Positions 31,564-42,771 of a stretch of 64,000 nucleotides of DNA are shown here, piece by piece. A program made the translations under genes and the position numbers. Under the pieces are notes generated by a model that ran no database searches, was not told the origin of the DNA, and saw nothing but the letters and a program-made list of their open reading frames with translations. The stretch's first letter is position 1. Each line of letters opens with the position of its first letter. Source of the stretch: an uncultured Candidatus Rokubacteria bacterium (GTDB lineage Bacteria; Methylomirabilota; Methylomirabilia; Rokubacteriales; CSP1-6); contig CAVVEU010000031.1 in NCBI GenBank assembly GCA_963747235.1, positions 1 through 64,000 of the forward strand. The letters are read 5' to 3'.

Positions 31564-32393
31564 CGCGCCCGGCCGCCTCCCCGCGCCCGGTCTCGCGGCT
31601 CGCCGCCACCTTCGCGGCGCTCCGGGCGCGTCGCGAGCGCGCGCTCGTCGCCTACTTCACGGCGGGCGATCCCTCGCTCGCGATGACGCGGCGCCTGGTG
31701 GGGGAGGCGGCCCGGCGCGGCGCCGACGTCATCGAGCTGGGCATCCCGTTCTCGGACCCGCTCGCGGACGGCCCGGTGATCCAGCGGGCCACCCAGCGCG
31801 CGCTCGCCGCGGGCGTGACCCTGCCGCGCGTGCTCGAGCTGGTGCGCGAGATGCGGGGCGAAGTGTCGACGCCGCTCGTGTTCCTGACCTACTACAACCC
31901 GATCCTCGCCTTCGGGCTCAAGGCCTTCTGCCGGACCGCGGTGGAGGCCGGCATCGACGGCGTGATCGTGGCCGACGTGCCGCCCGAGGAGGCGGCGCCG
32001 CTGCGCGCGGAGGCCGAGCCGGCCGGCCTCGACGTCGTGCACCTGGTCGCGCCCACCTCCACCCCGGAGCGGATGCGCAAGATCGCGCGCGCCAGCCAGG
32101 GCTTCATCTACATGGTCTCGCTCACCGGCGTCACCGGCGAGCGCAGCACGCTCGCGCCCGAGCTGGCCCAGCAGCTCCGCGCCCTGCGCAACATCACGAC
32201 CAAGCCGATCTGCGTGGGCTTCGGCATCAGCACCCCGGAGCAGGCGGCCGAGGTCGGCCGTGCCGCCGACGGCGTCATCGTGGGCTCCGCCATCGTGCGC
32301 CTCGTCGAGCGGTACGGTAGCTCGGCGGAGCTTCTCGCGCGCGTGGGCGATTTCATCGCCGCGCTGAAGGCGCCCCTTCGGAGCGTTTCGTGA
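31560..32393 (+). CDS. trpA: Tryptophan synthase alpha chain
   Basis: [35 protein letters not shown]. Confidence 0.96.
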   Translation: MTRPAASPRPVSRLAATFAALRARRERALVAYFTAGDPSLAMTRRLVGEAARRGADVIELGIPFSDPLADGPVIQRATQRALAAGVTLPRVLELVREMRGEVSTPLVFLTYYNPILAFGLKAFCRTAVEAGIDGVIVADVPPEEAAPLRAEAEPAGLDVVHLVAPTSTPERMRKIARASQGFIYMVSLTGVTGERSTLAPELAQQLRALRNITTKPICVGFGISTPEQAAEVGRAADGVIVGSAIVRLVERYGSSAELLARVGDFIAALKAPLRSVS

Positions 32394-32448
32394 TCACGGT
32401 CGGATCCACCCGGAAGCCGGCTGTCGGTCGGATCCGCTTCTTTATTGA

Positions 32449-32487
32449 ATGCGGGGGCCCAGACATGGCCCCCGCACTCCCCCAGTC
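32449..32487 (+). repeat. 39 bp hairpin repeat, copy 1
   Basis: ATGCGGGGGCCCAGACATGGCCCCCGCACTCCCCCAGTC, identical to 52996-53034. Confidence 0.9.
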
Positions 32488-32534
32488 CGCGGACATTCCG
32501 CGTTCGGCGGACAACCGCCTGTGACCCGCTGACC

Positions 32535-33401
32535 ATGGCCTGGTTCTGGAAGAAGAAGGAAGCCGGCGAGGACGAGCGGCCGAAGAAGGTCGTCATCGCC
32601 GAGGGCCTGTGGGTCAAGTGCGACTCCTGCAAGGAGATCGTGTATCGCGCCGAGGTGGAGCGCGCGGGCCGCGTCTGCCCCAAGTGCGGCTACCCGTTCC
32701 GCATCTCCGCGCGCGAGCGCATCGCGCTGGTGGCCGACGACGGCTCCTTCGAGGAGCGCGAGACGGGGCTGCGCTCCAAGGATCCGCTCAACTTCAAGGA
32801 CACCAAGAAGTACACCGACCGGCTGAAGGCCGCACGCGGCAAGACCGACGCGGGCGAGGCGGTGATCACCGGCACCGCGCGCATCGGCGGCTACCCGGTC
32901 GCGATCGCGGTCTTCGAGTTCGCGTTCCTGGGCGGCAGCATGGCCTCGGTGGTGGGCGAGAAGCTCACGCGCACCATCGAGCTGGCCCTGCAGAAGCGCA
33001 TCCCGCTCCTCATCATCTCCGCCTCGGGCGGGGCGCGCATGCAGGAAGGCATCCTCTCGCTCATGCAGATGGCCAAGACGTCGGCCGCGCTCCAGCGCCT
33101 CGACGCGGAGCGGATTCCCTACATCTCGCTTCTCACCGATCCCACCACCGGTGGCGTGACGGCCAGCTTCGCGATGCTGGGCGATCTCATCCTGGCCGAG
33201 CCGCGCGCGCTCATCGGCTTCGCGGGGCCGCGGGTGATCGCGGAGACCATCCGCCAGCCGCTGCCCGACGGGTTCCAGCGCTCGGAGTTCCTGCTCGAGC
33301 ACGGCCAGCTCGACATGGTCGTGGAGCGGCGGGAGCTGCGGGCCACGCTCCGACGCATCCTCGCCTTCTTCGGCGGTCGCGCCCCCACGCCCACTCCATG
33401 A
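32535..33401 (+). CDS. accD: Acetyl-CoA carboxylase carboxyltransferase beta subunit
   Basis: Zn finger CDSC..CPKC, GGSMASVVGEK, SGGARMQEG, PTTGGVTASFA. Confidence 0.96.
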   Translation: MAWFWKKKEAGEDERPKKVVIAEGLWVKCDSCKEIVYRAEVERAGRVCPKCGYPFRISARERIALVADDGSFEERETGLRSKDPLNFKDTKKYTDRLKAARGKTDAGEAVITGTARIGGYPVAIAVFEFAFLGGSMASVVGEKLTRTIELALQKRIPLLIISASGGARMQEGILSLMQMAKTSAALQRLDAERIPYISLLTDPTTGGVTASFAMLGDLILAEPRALIGFAGPRVIAETIRQPLPDGFQRSEFLLEHGQLDMVVERRELRATLRRILAFFGGRAPTPTP

Positions 33402-34690
33402 CGTATGCGGAGGCCGTGGCCCGCATCCTCGCGCTGCGCGGCGGGGAGCGGGCGGGCATGCGCCCCGGCCTCGAGCGCATCGAGGCGATCCTCGACGCCA
33501 TCGGGCGGCCCGAGCAGGCCTTCACCATCGCCCAGGTGGGCGGCACCAACGGCAAGGGCTCGATCTCGGCCATGCTCGCCGCGATCCTCCAGGCCGCGGG
33601 CCGCCGCGTGGGCCTCTACACCTCGCCGCACCTCGCCCACTACCGCGAGCGCATCCGGGTGGACGGCCGGCCGATCTCCGAGTCCGATTTCGTCGACGGC
33701 GTGGACGCCCTCGGCACGCTCATCACCCGGCTCGATCTCACGGTCTTCGAGGCGGGGACCGCGCTCGCGCTCGACCACTTCTGCCGCGAGCGGGTCGACG
33801 TCGCGGTCCTCGAGGTGGGCCTCGGGGGCCGGCTCGACGCCACCACGGTGGGCCGGCCGCGCGTGGTCGTTCTCGGGCCCATCGACTACGACCACCAGCA
33901 TGAGCTGGGCGACACCCTGACCCTCATCGCGGCCGAGAAAGCCGCCATCATCCGGAGCGGCGTGGCCTTCTCGGCGCGGCAGGATCCGGAAGCGGCGGCG
34001 GTCATCACCCGCCGCGCCGCGGAGACCGGGGTGCCGCTCTCGCTCGAGGGGCGCGACCTGCGTGTCACCCCGCTCGGCTTCACCCTCGAGGCCCAGCGGC
34101 TCGACCTGGAGGGGCCGGACTGGCAGATCCGCGACGTGGCCTGCGGGCTGCTGGGCGTCTACCAGCCGGGCAATGCCTTGCTCGCGGCCGCGGCGGCGCG
34201 GGCGCTGGGGGCGGACGAGGGCGCGATCCGTGCCGGCCTGCGCGGCGCCCGCTGGCCCGGGCGGTTCCAGATCTTCCGCCGCGACCCGCTCGTCATCCTC
34301 GACGGGGCCCACAACCCGGCGGGGGCCCGGGCCCTCGCGGCGTCCCTGCGCGCGTATTTCCCGGGGCGGCCCGTCACCTTCGTGATCGGCGTCCTGGCCG
34401 ACAAGGACGCGGGCGGGATCCTGGCCGCGCTCCGGCCGCTGGCCGCCCGCGTCATCCTGACCGCCTCCGCGAATCCGCGGGCGGCCCCGCCGGATGCGCT
34501 GGCGGCCCTGCTGCCCGCGGGCACGCGCGTGGCCACCGCGCGGTCGCCGCAGGCCGCGCTCGCCATGGCCATCGCGGAGGATCCGCACGGGATCGTGTGC
34601 GTGGCCGGCTCGCTCTCGCTGATCGGGGACGTCCTGGCCGCCGCGGACGACGGGCAGGATGTTCTTTTCACGGCCGGAGCCCGCTGCTAG
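33398..34690 (+). CDS. folC: Folylpolyglutamate synthase/dihydrofolate synthase
   Basis: GGTNGKGS, TSPHL, EVGLGGRLDAT, WPGRF, DGAHNP. Confidence 0.95.
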   Translation: MTYAEAVARILALRGGERAGMRPGLERIEAILDAIGRPEQAFTIAQVGGTNGKGSISAMLAAILQAAGRRVGLYTSPHLAHYRERIRVDGRPISESDFVDGVDALGTLITRLDLTVFEAGTALALDHFCRERVDVAVLEVGLGGRLDATTVGRPRVVVLGPIDYDHQHELGDTLTLIAAEKAAIIRSGVAFSARQDPEAAAVITRRAAETGVPLSLEGRDLRVTPLGFTLEAQRLDLEGPDWQIRDVACGLLGVYQPGNALLAAAAARALGADEGAIRAGLRGARWPGRFQIFRRDPLVILDGAHNPAGARALAASLRAYFPGRPVTFVIGVLADKDAGGILAALRPLAARVILTASANPRAAPPDALAALLPAGTRVATARSPQAALAMAIAEDPHGIVCVAGSLSLIGDVLAAADDGQDVLFTAGARC

Positions 34691-34701
34691 CATGGGCACT
34701 C

Positions 34702-36937
34702 ATGTCGGCCCCCCGGTCCCCCGTCCGCTCGATGTCCGGCCCTAGCGGCCTCACGCGCGGCGCCCGGATGGGCCTGCTCGCGATCCTGTTCGCGGCGGGG
34801 ACCTGCATCGGGCTCGCCGCCGGCCCGGCCTGGGCGCAGCCGGGCGGCGTGAAGGTCCGCGCGGGCGGCGAGGAAGCCACCGTGATCGCCGACCAGCTCC
34901 AGCAGGTGGGCGGCGCGACCGATCTGCTCATCGCGACCGGCAACGTGGAGATCATCCGGGGCCAGACCCGCCTGCTCGCCGACCGCGTGGAGCTCAATCG
35001 CGACACCGGCCAGGCGGTGGCCCAGGGCAAGGTGGTCTTCTACGACGGGCCGGACCGCCTCGTGGGCGAGCGCATCGACTACAACCTCAAGACCGGCACC
35101 GGGGTGGTCTACAAGGGCTCCGCGGTCTCGGCGCCGTTCTACCACCTCTCGGCCGAGCGGATGGACCGCGTCGGCGACAGCGTCTACGAGATGCGGCGCG
35201 GCGTGTTCACCACCTGCGAAGGCGACGACCCGCCGTGGTCGTTCCGGTTCGGCTCGGGCACCGCCGATCTCGACGACATCGTCTACGGGCGCGACGCCTC
35301 GTTCTGGGTGAAGGGCATCCCGGTGCTGCCGTGGGTGCCGTTCTTCGCGGCGGCCCTGCGGCGCGAGCGCCAGTCCGGCTTCCTCTTCCCGGAGTTCGGC
35401 CAGTCCTCGCGCAAGGGCGTCTTCTCGAGGGTCCCGTACTTCTGGGCGATCGACGACAGCCAGGACCTCACGGTCAGCCTCGACGCCTACAGCCGGCGCG
35501 GCGTCGGGCTCGAGGGCGACTACCGGTACGTGATGTCGCGCGAGCAGCGCGGCGAGCTGGCCGCTCTTTGGCGTCAACGAGTTCCTTCGCGACGATCCAC
35601 GGCTGGAGGAGAACCGCGGCTGGGCTTCGTTCCGCCACGACTGGCAGGTCACTCCTCGGCTGTCGTTCAAGGTCAACGCGAACGTCACCAGCGACGACCT
35701 CATCTTTCGCGACTACGGCAACCGGCTGGTGGATCGCGCCAACCAGCGGTCCGAGACGAACGTGTTCGTCACCCAGAACTGGGACGCCTGGAGCCTGGTC
35801 GGCAACGTGAAGTGGTACCAGGACCTCACCACCGCGCGGCCGATCGAGCTGCAGCGAGTGCCGGAGATCAAGCTGGTGGGCATCCGGCAGCCGGTGCCCG
35901 GTGTGCCCGGGCTGCTCTACGAGACCACCGCGAGCTTCGTGAACTTCATCCGCGACGTGGGTCCCGACGGCGTCCGGGCCGACTTCCACCCGCGACTCCT
36001 GATGCCGCTCCCGGTCGCGGGGCTGTTCACGGTCACGCCGTTCGCGGGCGGCCGGCTGACCTACTACGACGAGCGCGTGGTGGACCAGCGGATCACCCGC
36101 GTGGGTGTCCTCTCGGTGGAGGAGTCGGTCTACGATCCGCGCGTCCGCCGCCAGGTCGAGTGGGGCGTGGAGGCGGAGAGCCGCGTCTCCCGCGTCTACA
36201 CCAGCGACGGCGGCGGCGGGGTCGCCGCCTACCAGCACGTGATCGAGCCGCGGGTGCGGGTCATCCAGATCCGCGGTGTCGAGCAGAAGGACTTTCCGCA
36301 GTACGATCCGGGCGCGAGCACCGCCACCGGCATCGATCCCGGCTACGAGCGGCGTGTCGGCATCGATCGACTCGGCAAGGCCAACGAGATCACGTACTAC
36401 TTGACCAATTCACTGAACGCGAAGACGGTGTCGGGTCCGGACCAGCAGCCGGTGCGCTGGGAGATGATGCGCTTCACGGTGAGCCAGACCTTCAAGATGG
36501 ACCCGGTCTCCGAGCCCCTGAAGGATCTCTACGCCGATCTCACGGTCAGCCCCAACCAAAGAATCGGCTTCCACGCCGATGCCCGGTACAATGTGTACGA
36601 CCGGGGCCTGCGAGAGGCCAACGCGGATATTCGCCTCACGTATCCGCGCTTCGTGGTGGCGGTGGGTCCCCGTTTCAACGAGCAGGGCGAGAGCCGATAC
36701 GCGAAGGCGGAGGCGCTGGTGAAGGTGTTCAGCAACGTCGACGTCCGCGGCTCCACCGCCTGGGACGTCCTGAGAGGGCGGTCGATCGAGAATCGGGTCG
36801 GCGTGGACTGGCGCTTCAGCTGCTGGTCCATCATCGCCGAGTACGTGAACCGCAACGGCGGCGAGAGCGAGTTCCGCGCCTCGATCAACCTGCTGGGCCT
36901 GGGCCAGCTCGGCACCTCGGCCCGCCCGGGCTTCTGA
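34702..36937 (+). CDS. lptD: LPS-assembly protein LptD (frameshift near 35565)
   Basis: Beta-jellyroll N-terminus (TGNVEI, ADRVEL, FTTC..PPW, RQSGFLFP), C-terminal beta-barrel ending CWS...INLLGLG. Confidence 0.85.
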
Positions 36938-38041
36938 TGATTCCCCAGATCGACCTCAAGCGGCAGCACGAGTCCCTGCGCGCCGAGCTGATGGCCGCGG
37001 CCGCGCGCGTGCTCGACTCCTGCCGCTTCATCCTGGGGCCCGAGGGGCAGGGGCTCGAGCGCGAGCTGGCCGAGCTCTGCGGGGCGCGCCACGGGGTGGG
37101 GACGGGCTCCGGCACCGACGCCCTGCTGCTCGCGCTCAAGGCGGTGGGGGTCAGGCCGGGCGACGAGGTCATCACCTCCGCGTTCTCCTTCGTCGCCTCC
37201 GCCACCACCATCGTGATGGCGGGCGCCACGCCGGTCTACGTGGACATCGAGCCGGACACGTTCAACCTGGATCCGGCCCGGGTGGAGCGCGCGATCACCT
37301 CGCGGACCCGCGCCGTCCTGCCGGTCTACCTCTACGGGCAGGTGGCGGCGATGGACGCCCTCGGCGATCTGGCCCGGGCGCGCGGCCTCGTGATCGTGGC
37401 CGACGCGGCGCAGGCGGTGGGCGCCTCCTACGCGGGCCGCCCGGTGGCCGCGTGGGCCGACGCCACCACGCTGTCGTTCTACCCGACCAAGAACCTGGGC
37501 GGCCTGCGGCGACGGCGGCATGGTGCTGACCACGCGCGACGACGTGGCCGAGCGCGTCCGGCTGCTCCGCGACCACGGCGCGCCGCGCCGGTACACGCAC
37601 GTCGAGCTGGGCGGCTGCAGCCGGCTCGACGAGCTGCAGGCCGCGCTGCTGCGCGTGAAGCTCACGCGCCTGGCCGGGTGGAACGAGCGGCGCCGCGCGA
37701 TCGCCCGGCACTACGACACCGCGCTCGCCGGCCTGCCGCTCACGCTGCCGGTGGAGCGGTCGCCCGCGCGCCACATCTACCATCAGTACACGGTGCGGTC
37801 GGCCAAGCGGGAGGCGCTCGCGGCGGCCCTGGCCGGGCTGGGTGTCGGCACGTCGATCCACTACCCGAGCACGATCCCCGCGCAGCCGCTCTTCTCGCAG
37901 CCGAACGCGGACCGCGACTTCCCGGTGGCCACCCAGGCCGCCGCCGAGGTGCTGTGCCTGCCGTGCTTCCCCGAGCTCCTGGATCCGGAGGTGGACCAGG
38001 TGGTGGACGCGATCAAGCGGGCGCTCGCCCAGGTGATGTGA
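36937..38041 (+). CDS. DegT/DnrJ/EryC1/StrS aminotransferase (frameshift near 37503)
   Basis: SGTDAL, DAAQA, SFYPTKNLG, SRLDELQAA, HYP. Confidence 0.92.
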
Positions 38042-38042
38042 G

Positions 38043-39365
38043 GTGACGTCGCTCGGCGCGCTCGGGTCCCGGCTCGAGGAGCGCCTGAAGAGCCGCGCCG
38101 CGACGGTGGGCGTGGTGGGCCTCGGGTACGTCGGGCTGCCGCTCGCGGTGGCCTTCGCGCGGGCCGGCTTTCAGGTCATCGGGGTGGACGCCGATCCCGC
38201 CCGCACCACGCTCCTGGCCGGCGGCCTGAGCCCGGTGGAGGACGTGCCCGCCGCGGAGCTGGCGCCGCTGGTGCAGAGCGGGCGCCTCGCGATCCACTCC
38301 GCCCCGGACGCGCTGGCCGAGGCCGACGCCATCGTGATCTGCGTGCCCACGCCGCTCGGGAAATCCAAGGAGCCCGACATCTCCTTCATCGTGGCGGCGG
38401 CCGACGGGGTGGCCCGCGTGCTGCGGCCCGGCACGCTCGTGGTGCTCGAGTCCACCACCTATCCCGGCACCACCGACGAGGTGCTGCTCCCGCGCATGAG
38501 CGCCCGCGGGCTCCGCGTCGGCGAGGAGTTCTTCCTCGGGTTCTCGCCGGAGCGCATCGATCCCGGCAACCAGACCTGGGGGCTCTCGCGCATCCCCAAG
38601 GTGGTGGGCGGCGTCACCCCGGTGTGCCGCCACCTGATCGAGACCCTGTACCGCCAGATCATCGACCGCGTCGTCCCGGTCTCCTCCACCCAGGTCGCGG
38701 AGATGGTGAAGCTCTTCGAGAACACCTTCCGCAGCGTCAACATCGCGCTGGTCAACGAGCTGGCCATCATGTGCCGCCGGCTCGGCATGTCGGTCTGGGA
38801 GGTGATCGGGGCGGCCGCCACCAAGCCGTTCGGGTTCATGGCCTTCTCCCCGGGGCCGGGCATCGGCGGCCACTGCCTGCCGAGCGACCCGCACTACCTC
38901 TCCTGGCGGACGCGCCTCGCCGGCTACGAGGCCAAGTTCATCGCCTTCGCCGACGAGATCAACGGCGGCATGCCGCGCTACGTGGTGCAGCTCGCCATCG
39001 ACGCCCTCAACGACCGGGCGAAGGCGGTGAAGGGCTCGCGCATCCTGGCGCTCGGGGTGGCCTACAAGGCGGGCGTCGGCGACATCCGCGATTCGCCCGC
39101 GCTCGAGATCATCGAGGACTTCCTGGCCCGCGGCGCGCAGCTCGAGTACGCCGATCCCCGGGTGCCGCAGATCCAGGTGGGCGGCCAGCTCCTCAAGAGC
39201 GTGGCGTGGGCGCAGGCCGATCTCGCCGCCTACGACCTCGTGGTGCTGCTCACCGCGCATCCCGAGTTCGAGCCGGCGCGGCTGGTCCGGGACGCGCGGC
39301 TCGTGCTGGACACGCGCAACGCCACCGGCGCGCTGGGAGACGTCCGTCACGTCATCAAGATCTGA
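38043..39365 (+). CDS. Nucleotide-sugar dehydrogenase (UDP-GlcNAc 6-dehydrogenase WbpA/WecC-like)
   Basis: GLGYVGLP, ESTTYPGTT, SPERIDPG, KLFENTFR, GIGGHC, DIRDSP. Confidence 0.92.
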   Translation: MTSLGALGSRLEERLKSRAATVGVVGLGYVGLPLAVAFARAGFQVIGVDADPARTTLLAGGLSPVEDVPAAELAPLVQSGRLAIHSAPDALAEADAIVICVPTPLGKSKEPDISFIVAAADGVARVLRPGTLVVLESTTYPGTTDEVLLPRMSARGLRVGEEFFLGFSPERIDPGNQTWGLSRIPKVVGGVTPVCRHLIETLYRQIIDRVVPVSSTQVAEMVKLFENTFRSVNIALVNELAIMCRRLGMSVWEVIGAAATKPFGFMAFSPGPGIGGHCLPSDPHYLSWRTRLAGYEAKFIAFADEINGGMPRYVVQLAIDALNDRAKAVKGSRILALGVAYKAGVGDIRDSPALEIIEDFLARGAQLEYADPRVPQIQVGGQLLKSVAWAQADLAAYDLVVLLTAHPEFEPARLVRDARLVLDTRNATGALGDVRHVIKI

Positions 39366-39371
39366 GGCCTC

Positions 39372-40283
39372 GTGCGCCTCCTGATCGCCGCGCTCGTCTC
39401 GCTCCGCCCGCGGCAGTGGGTGAAGAACCTCTTCGTCTTCGCCGGCCTCATCTTCTCGCAGAACCTGTTCAGCCCGCTCGTCTGGCCGGCGCTGGGCGCG
39501 TTCCTGATCTTCTGCGCGCTCTCCGGAGCCATCTACGTCTTCAACGACGTGGCCGACGCGGAGAAGGACCGGCTGCATCCCGCGAAGCGCTACCGGCCCA
39601 TCGCGCGGGGCGCCCTGCCGGTGCCCGTCGCGCTGGGGCTCGGCATCGCGCTGCTGGTGGGCAGCCTCATCGCCGCCTTCTCCCTGTCGCTGGGCTTCGG
39701 GCTCGCGGCCGCCGCCTACGCGGCGCTCCTCACCGCCTACTCGGTGTGGCTCAAGCACCTGGTGATCCTCGACGTGCTCACGGTGGCCGCGGGCTTCGTG
39801 CTCCGCGCGGTGGCGGGCGCCGAGGCCATCGAGGTGGAGATCTCGGGCTGGCTCGTGATCTGCACGATCCTGGTCGCGCTCTTCCTGGCCCTGGGCAAGC
39901 GCCGGCACGAGTACCGGACGCTCAAGGGGGACGCGGCGGCGCATCGGCCCATCCTGGCCGAGTACAGCGAGAGCTTCCTCGACCAGATGGTGGCGGTGGT
40001 CACCGCGTCCACCGTGACCGCCTACGCGCTCTACACGATGTCGCCGGAGACGGTCGCCAAGTTCAACACGCGGCTCCTGCCGGTGACGCTGCCCTTCGTG
40101 CTCTACGGCGTCTTCCGGTATCTCTACCTGCTCTACCGCCGGGACATGGGCGGCAACCCCTCCGACCTCCTGCTCAACGACCGCGCGCTGCTCGTCAATA
40201 CCGGCCTCTGGATGCTGGCGCTCCTCGTCATCATCTACGGGCCGGTCTGGGGGCCCACGTGGCTCGCGCGATGGGCGCCGTGA
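39372..40283 (+). CDS. UbiA-family polyprenyl-phosphate phosphoribosyltransferase (DPPR synthase-like)
   Basis: LRPRQWVKN, NDVADAEKDRLHPAKRYRPIA, GFVLRA, KRRHE. Confidence 0.9.
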   Translation: MRLLIAALVSLRPRQWVKNLFVFAGLIFSQNLFSPLVWPALGAFLIFCALSGAIYVFNDVADAEKDRLHPAKRYRPIARGALPVPVALGLGIALLVGSLIAAFSLSLGFGLAAAAYAALLTAYSVWLKHLVILDVLTVAAGFVLRAVAGAEAIEVEISGWLVICTILVALFLALGKRRHEYRTLKGDAAAHRPILAEYSESFLDQMVAVVTASTVTAYALYTMSPETVAKFNTRLLPVTLPFVLYGVFRYLYLLYRRDMGGNPSDLLLNDRALLVNTGLWMLALLVIIYGPVWGPTWLARWAP

Positions 40284-41621
40284 GCGAGCTGCCCCTGGAG
40301 GAGGTCGCGGGCTGGGGCCGCCATCCGGTGGGCACGCGCGCGGGTGGACCGGTCGGGCGAGCCGGCGCTGCCGCCGGGCGGCGAGCCGGTGATCGCGCGC
40401 GGCCTGGGCCGCGCCTACGGCGACGCGGCGATGCCGGCGGCGCCGGGCGGGCTCGTGGTGGAGTGCACGCGGGCCGATCGCATCCTGGGGTTCGACGGCG
40501 ACACCGGGCGCCTCACCTGCGAGGCGGGGCTGAGCCTCGCCGAGATCCTGCGCGTGTTCGTGCCGCGCGGCTGGTTTCCCCCGGTCACGCCCGGCACCAA
40601 GTTCGTCACGGTCGGGGCGTGCGTGGCCTGCGACGTCCACGGCAAGAACCACCACCGCGACGGCTCCTTCGGCAAGTTCGTCGAGCGTCTCGTGCTGGTC
40701 ACCGCGGACGGCCGGCGCGTGGCGTGCGGGCCCGCGCTCGAGCGCGAGCTCTTCCTCGCCACCGTGGGCGGCATGGGCCTCACCGGGCTCATCGTGGAGG
40801 TCACGCTGAGGCTCCGCCGGGTGGAGTCGCCGTGGATCGTGCTCGAGACGGTGGGCGTGGAGGGACTCGAGGCCATGCTGGCCGGGCTCAAGCGCAGCGC
40901 GGACGACTGGCCCTACACCGTCGGCTGGATCGACTGCCTGGCCCAGGGGAGCGCGGTCGGGCGCGGCATCCTCATGCGCGGGCGTCACGCCACCGCGATG
41001 GAGGCGGCCGGGCGCCGGCTGCCGCGCGGCCTGCCGCTCACCGTGCCGGTGGACGCGCCGGAGTGGCTGCTGAACCCGCTCTTCATGCGCTGGTTCAACT
41101 ACGGCTACTACCGGCTGCACGGCGGGACGCTCAAGCGGCGCGTGGTCTCCTGCGACCGCTTCTTCTACCCGCTCGACGCGGTGGGGCAGTGGAACCGGCT
41201 CTACGGCCGCCGCGGATTGCTCCAGTACCAGTGCGTGCTGCCGCGCGCGGCGGGCGCCGCGCCGCTCGCCACGATCCTCGACCGGCTGGGCACGGCCGGC
41301 GCGGCCTCGTTCCTGGCCGTGATCAAGGACTGCGGCCCCGCCTCCGACGCCTATCTCTCCTTCCCGATGGAAGGCACCACGCTGGCGCTCGACCTGGCGT
41401 ACCGCGGCGCGGCCTCCGAGGCCCTGATCCACGAGCTGAACGCGCTGGTGATCGCCCATGGCGGGCGCGTCTACCTCGCCAAGGACGCGGTGACGCGGGC
41501 CGAGGACTTCGCGCGCATGATGCCGCGCCTGGCCGAGTGGCGCGCGGTGCGCGACCGCTGGGATCCGGGCCATCGCTTCCGCTCCGCCCAGTCCGTCCGG
41601 CTCCTCGGGGACCGCGCGTGA
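40271..41621 (+). CDS. dprE1: FAD-linked oxidoreductase, DprE1-like (frameshift near 40340)
   Basis: GWGR, ARGLGRAYGDAA, VTPGTKFVTVG..DVHGKNHH, FFYPLD, QYQ, GGRVYLAKD. Confidence 0.85.
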
Positions 41622-42355
41622 AGGTGGCCTTCGTCGGCGGGACCCGCGGCATGGGCCGCGCGCTGGCGCGGGCGCTCGCCGAGCGCGGCGACGCGCTCTT
41701 CCTGCTGGGCCGCGACGCGGCCGAGATGGCGCTGTCCGCGCGCGACCTGGAGGCGCGCGGGCCGCGCGCGCCGGTCGGCCACGCCCCGCTCGACCTCGGC
41801 CGGCCGGCCGGGTTCGCGGAGGCGCTCGACGCGGCCGATCGCGCCCTGGGCGGCCTCGACGCGCTCGTGGTGACCGGCGGCGCCTTCGGCCGGCAAGAGG
41901 ATCTGGCCGCCGACCCCGCGCGCCTGGCCGCGCTGCTCGAGGTCAACTTCACCGGCACGGTGCTGCTCTGCCAGCAGGCCGCCGTGCGATTGGCCGCGCG
42001 GGGCGGGGGACTCATCTGCGCGTTCAGCAGCGTGGCGGGCGACCGCGCCCGGCGCGGCAACTATCTCTACGGGGCGTCGAAGGCCGGGCTCTCGGTGTTC
42101 CTCGACGGCCTCGATCTGGCGTATCGCGAGCGCGGCGTGCGCGTGCTCTGCGTCAAGCCCGGCTTCGTCCGCACCGCGATGACCGCGGGGCTGCCCGTCC
42201 CGCCGTTCGCGGGCGAGCCGGAAGCGGTGGCCGCCGCGGTGGTGCGGGCCATGGACCGGGGCCGCCACCAGGTCTACGCCCCGGGCATCTGGCGGTGGAT
42301 CATGCTGGTCATCCGCGCGCTGCCGCGCGCCGTCCTGCGTCGCGTGCAGTTCTAG
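41618..42355 (+). CDS. dprE2: Short-chain dehydrogenase, DprE2-like
   Basis: SSVAGDRARRGNYLYGASKAG, KPGFVRTAMT, W.WIMLVIRALP. Directly follows dprE1. Confidence 0.8.
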   Translation: MKVAFVGGTRGMGRALARALAERGDALFLLGRDAAEMALSARDLEARGPRAPVGHAPLDLGRPAGFAEALDAADRALGGLDALVVTGGAFGRQEDLAADPARLAALLEVNFTGTVLLCQQAAVRLAARGGGLICAFSSVAGDRARRGNYLYGASKAGLSVFLDGLDLAYRERGVRVLCVKPGFVRTAMTAGLPVPPFAGEPEAVAAAVVRAMDRGRHQVYAPGIWRWIMLVIRALPRAVLRRVQF

Positions 42356-42394
42356 CGCCACTCCTCACGAAACTCTCCTACCGAAAGGGATCGC

Positions 42395-42760
42395 ATGCCG
42401 AAGATCTGGCGGGTCTACAGCGGCGCGGACGGGAAGTCGCATGTCGAGGAGATGCCGCTCGCCATGAAGCCCTTCACCGACACCGAGGGCGCGCACGGGG
42501 AAGGCACGCCGATGCAATCCGTCGCGGGCCTCGCGTTCCGCGTGGCCCCGCCCGGCTACGTGCTCGACTGGCACTGCGCGCCACGGCGGCAGTACTCGAT
42601 CACGCTCTCCGGGCAGGCGGAGATCGAGGTCGGCGACGGCACGGTGGTGCGCGTCGGGCCGGGCGACGTCCTGCTGGCCGAGGACCTCACCGGCCAGGGC
42701 CACGTCACCCGCGCGGTCGGGACGACGCCCCGCTTCTACGCGATCGTCCCGCTGGCCTAG
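42395..42760 (+). CDS. Cupin-domain protein
   Basis: DGKSH, DWHCAPRRQ, GDVLLAEDLTGQGH. Confidence 0.8.
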   Translation: MPKIWRVYSGADGKSHVEEMPLAMKPFTDTEGAHGEGTPMQSVAGLAFRVAPPGYVLDWHCAPRRQYSITLSGQAEIEVGDGTVVRVGPGDVLLAEDLTGQGHVTRAVGTTPRFYAIVPLA

Positions 42761-42771
42761 ACCGCGCCGCG

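Noticed and set aside
38013-41573. Very long antisense or off-frame ORFs (also 4144-7392, 49394-52108, 53712-56453)
   Set aside because: Shadow ORFs expected in high-GC DNA. They overlap well-supported genes and have Arg/Gly/Ala-rich, motif-free translations.
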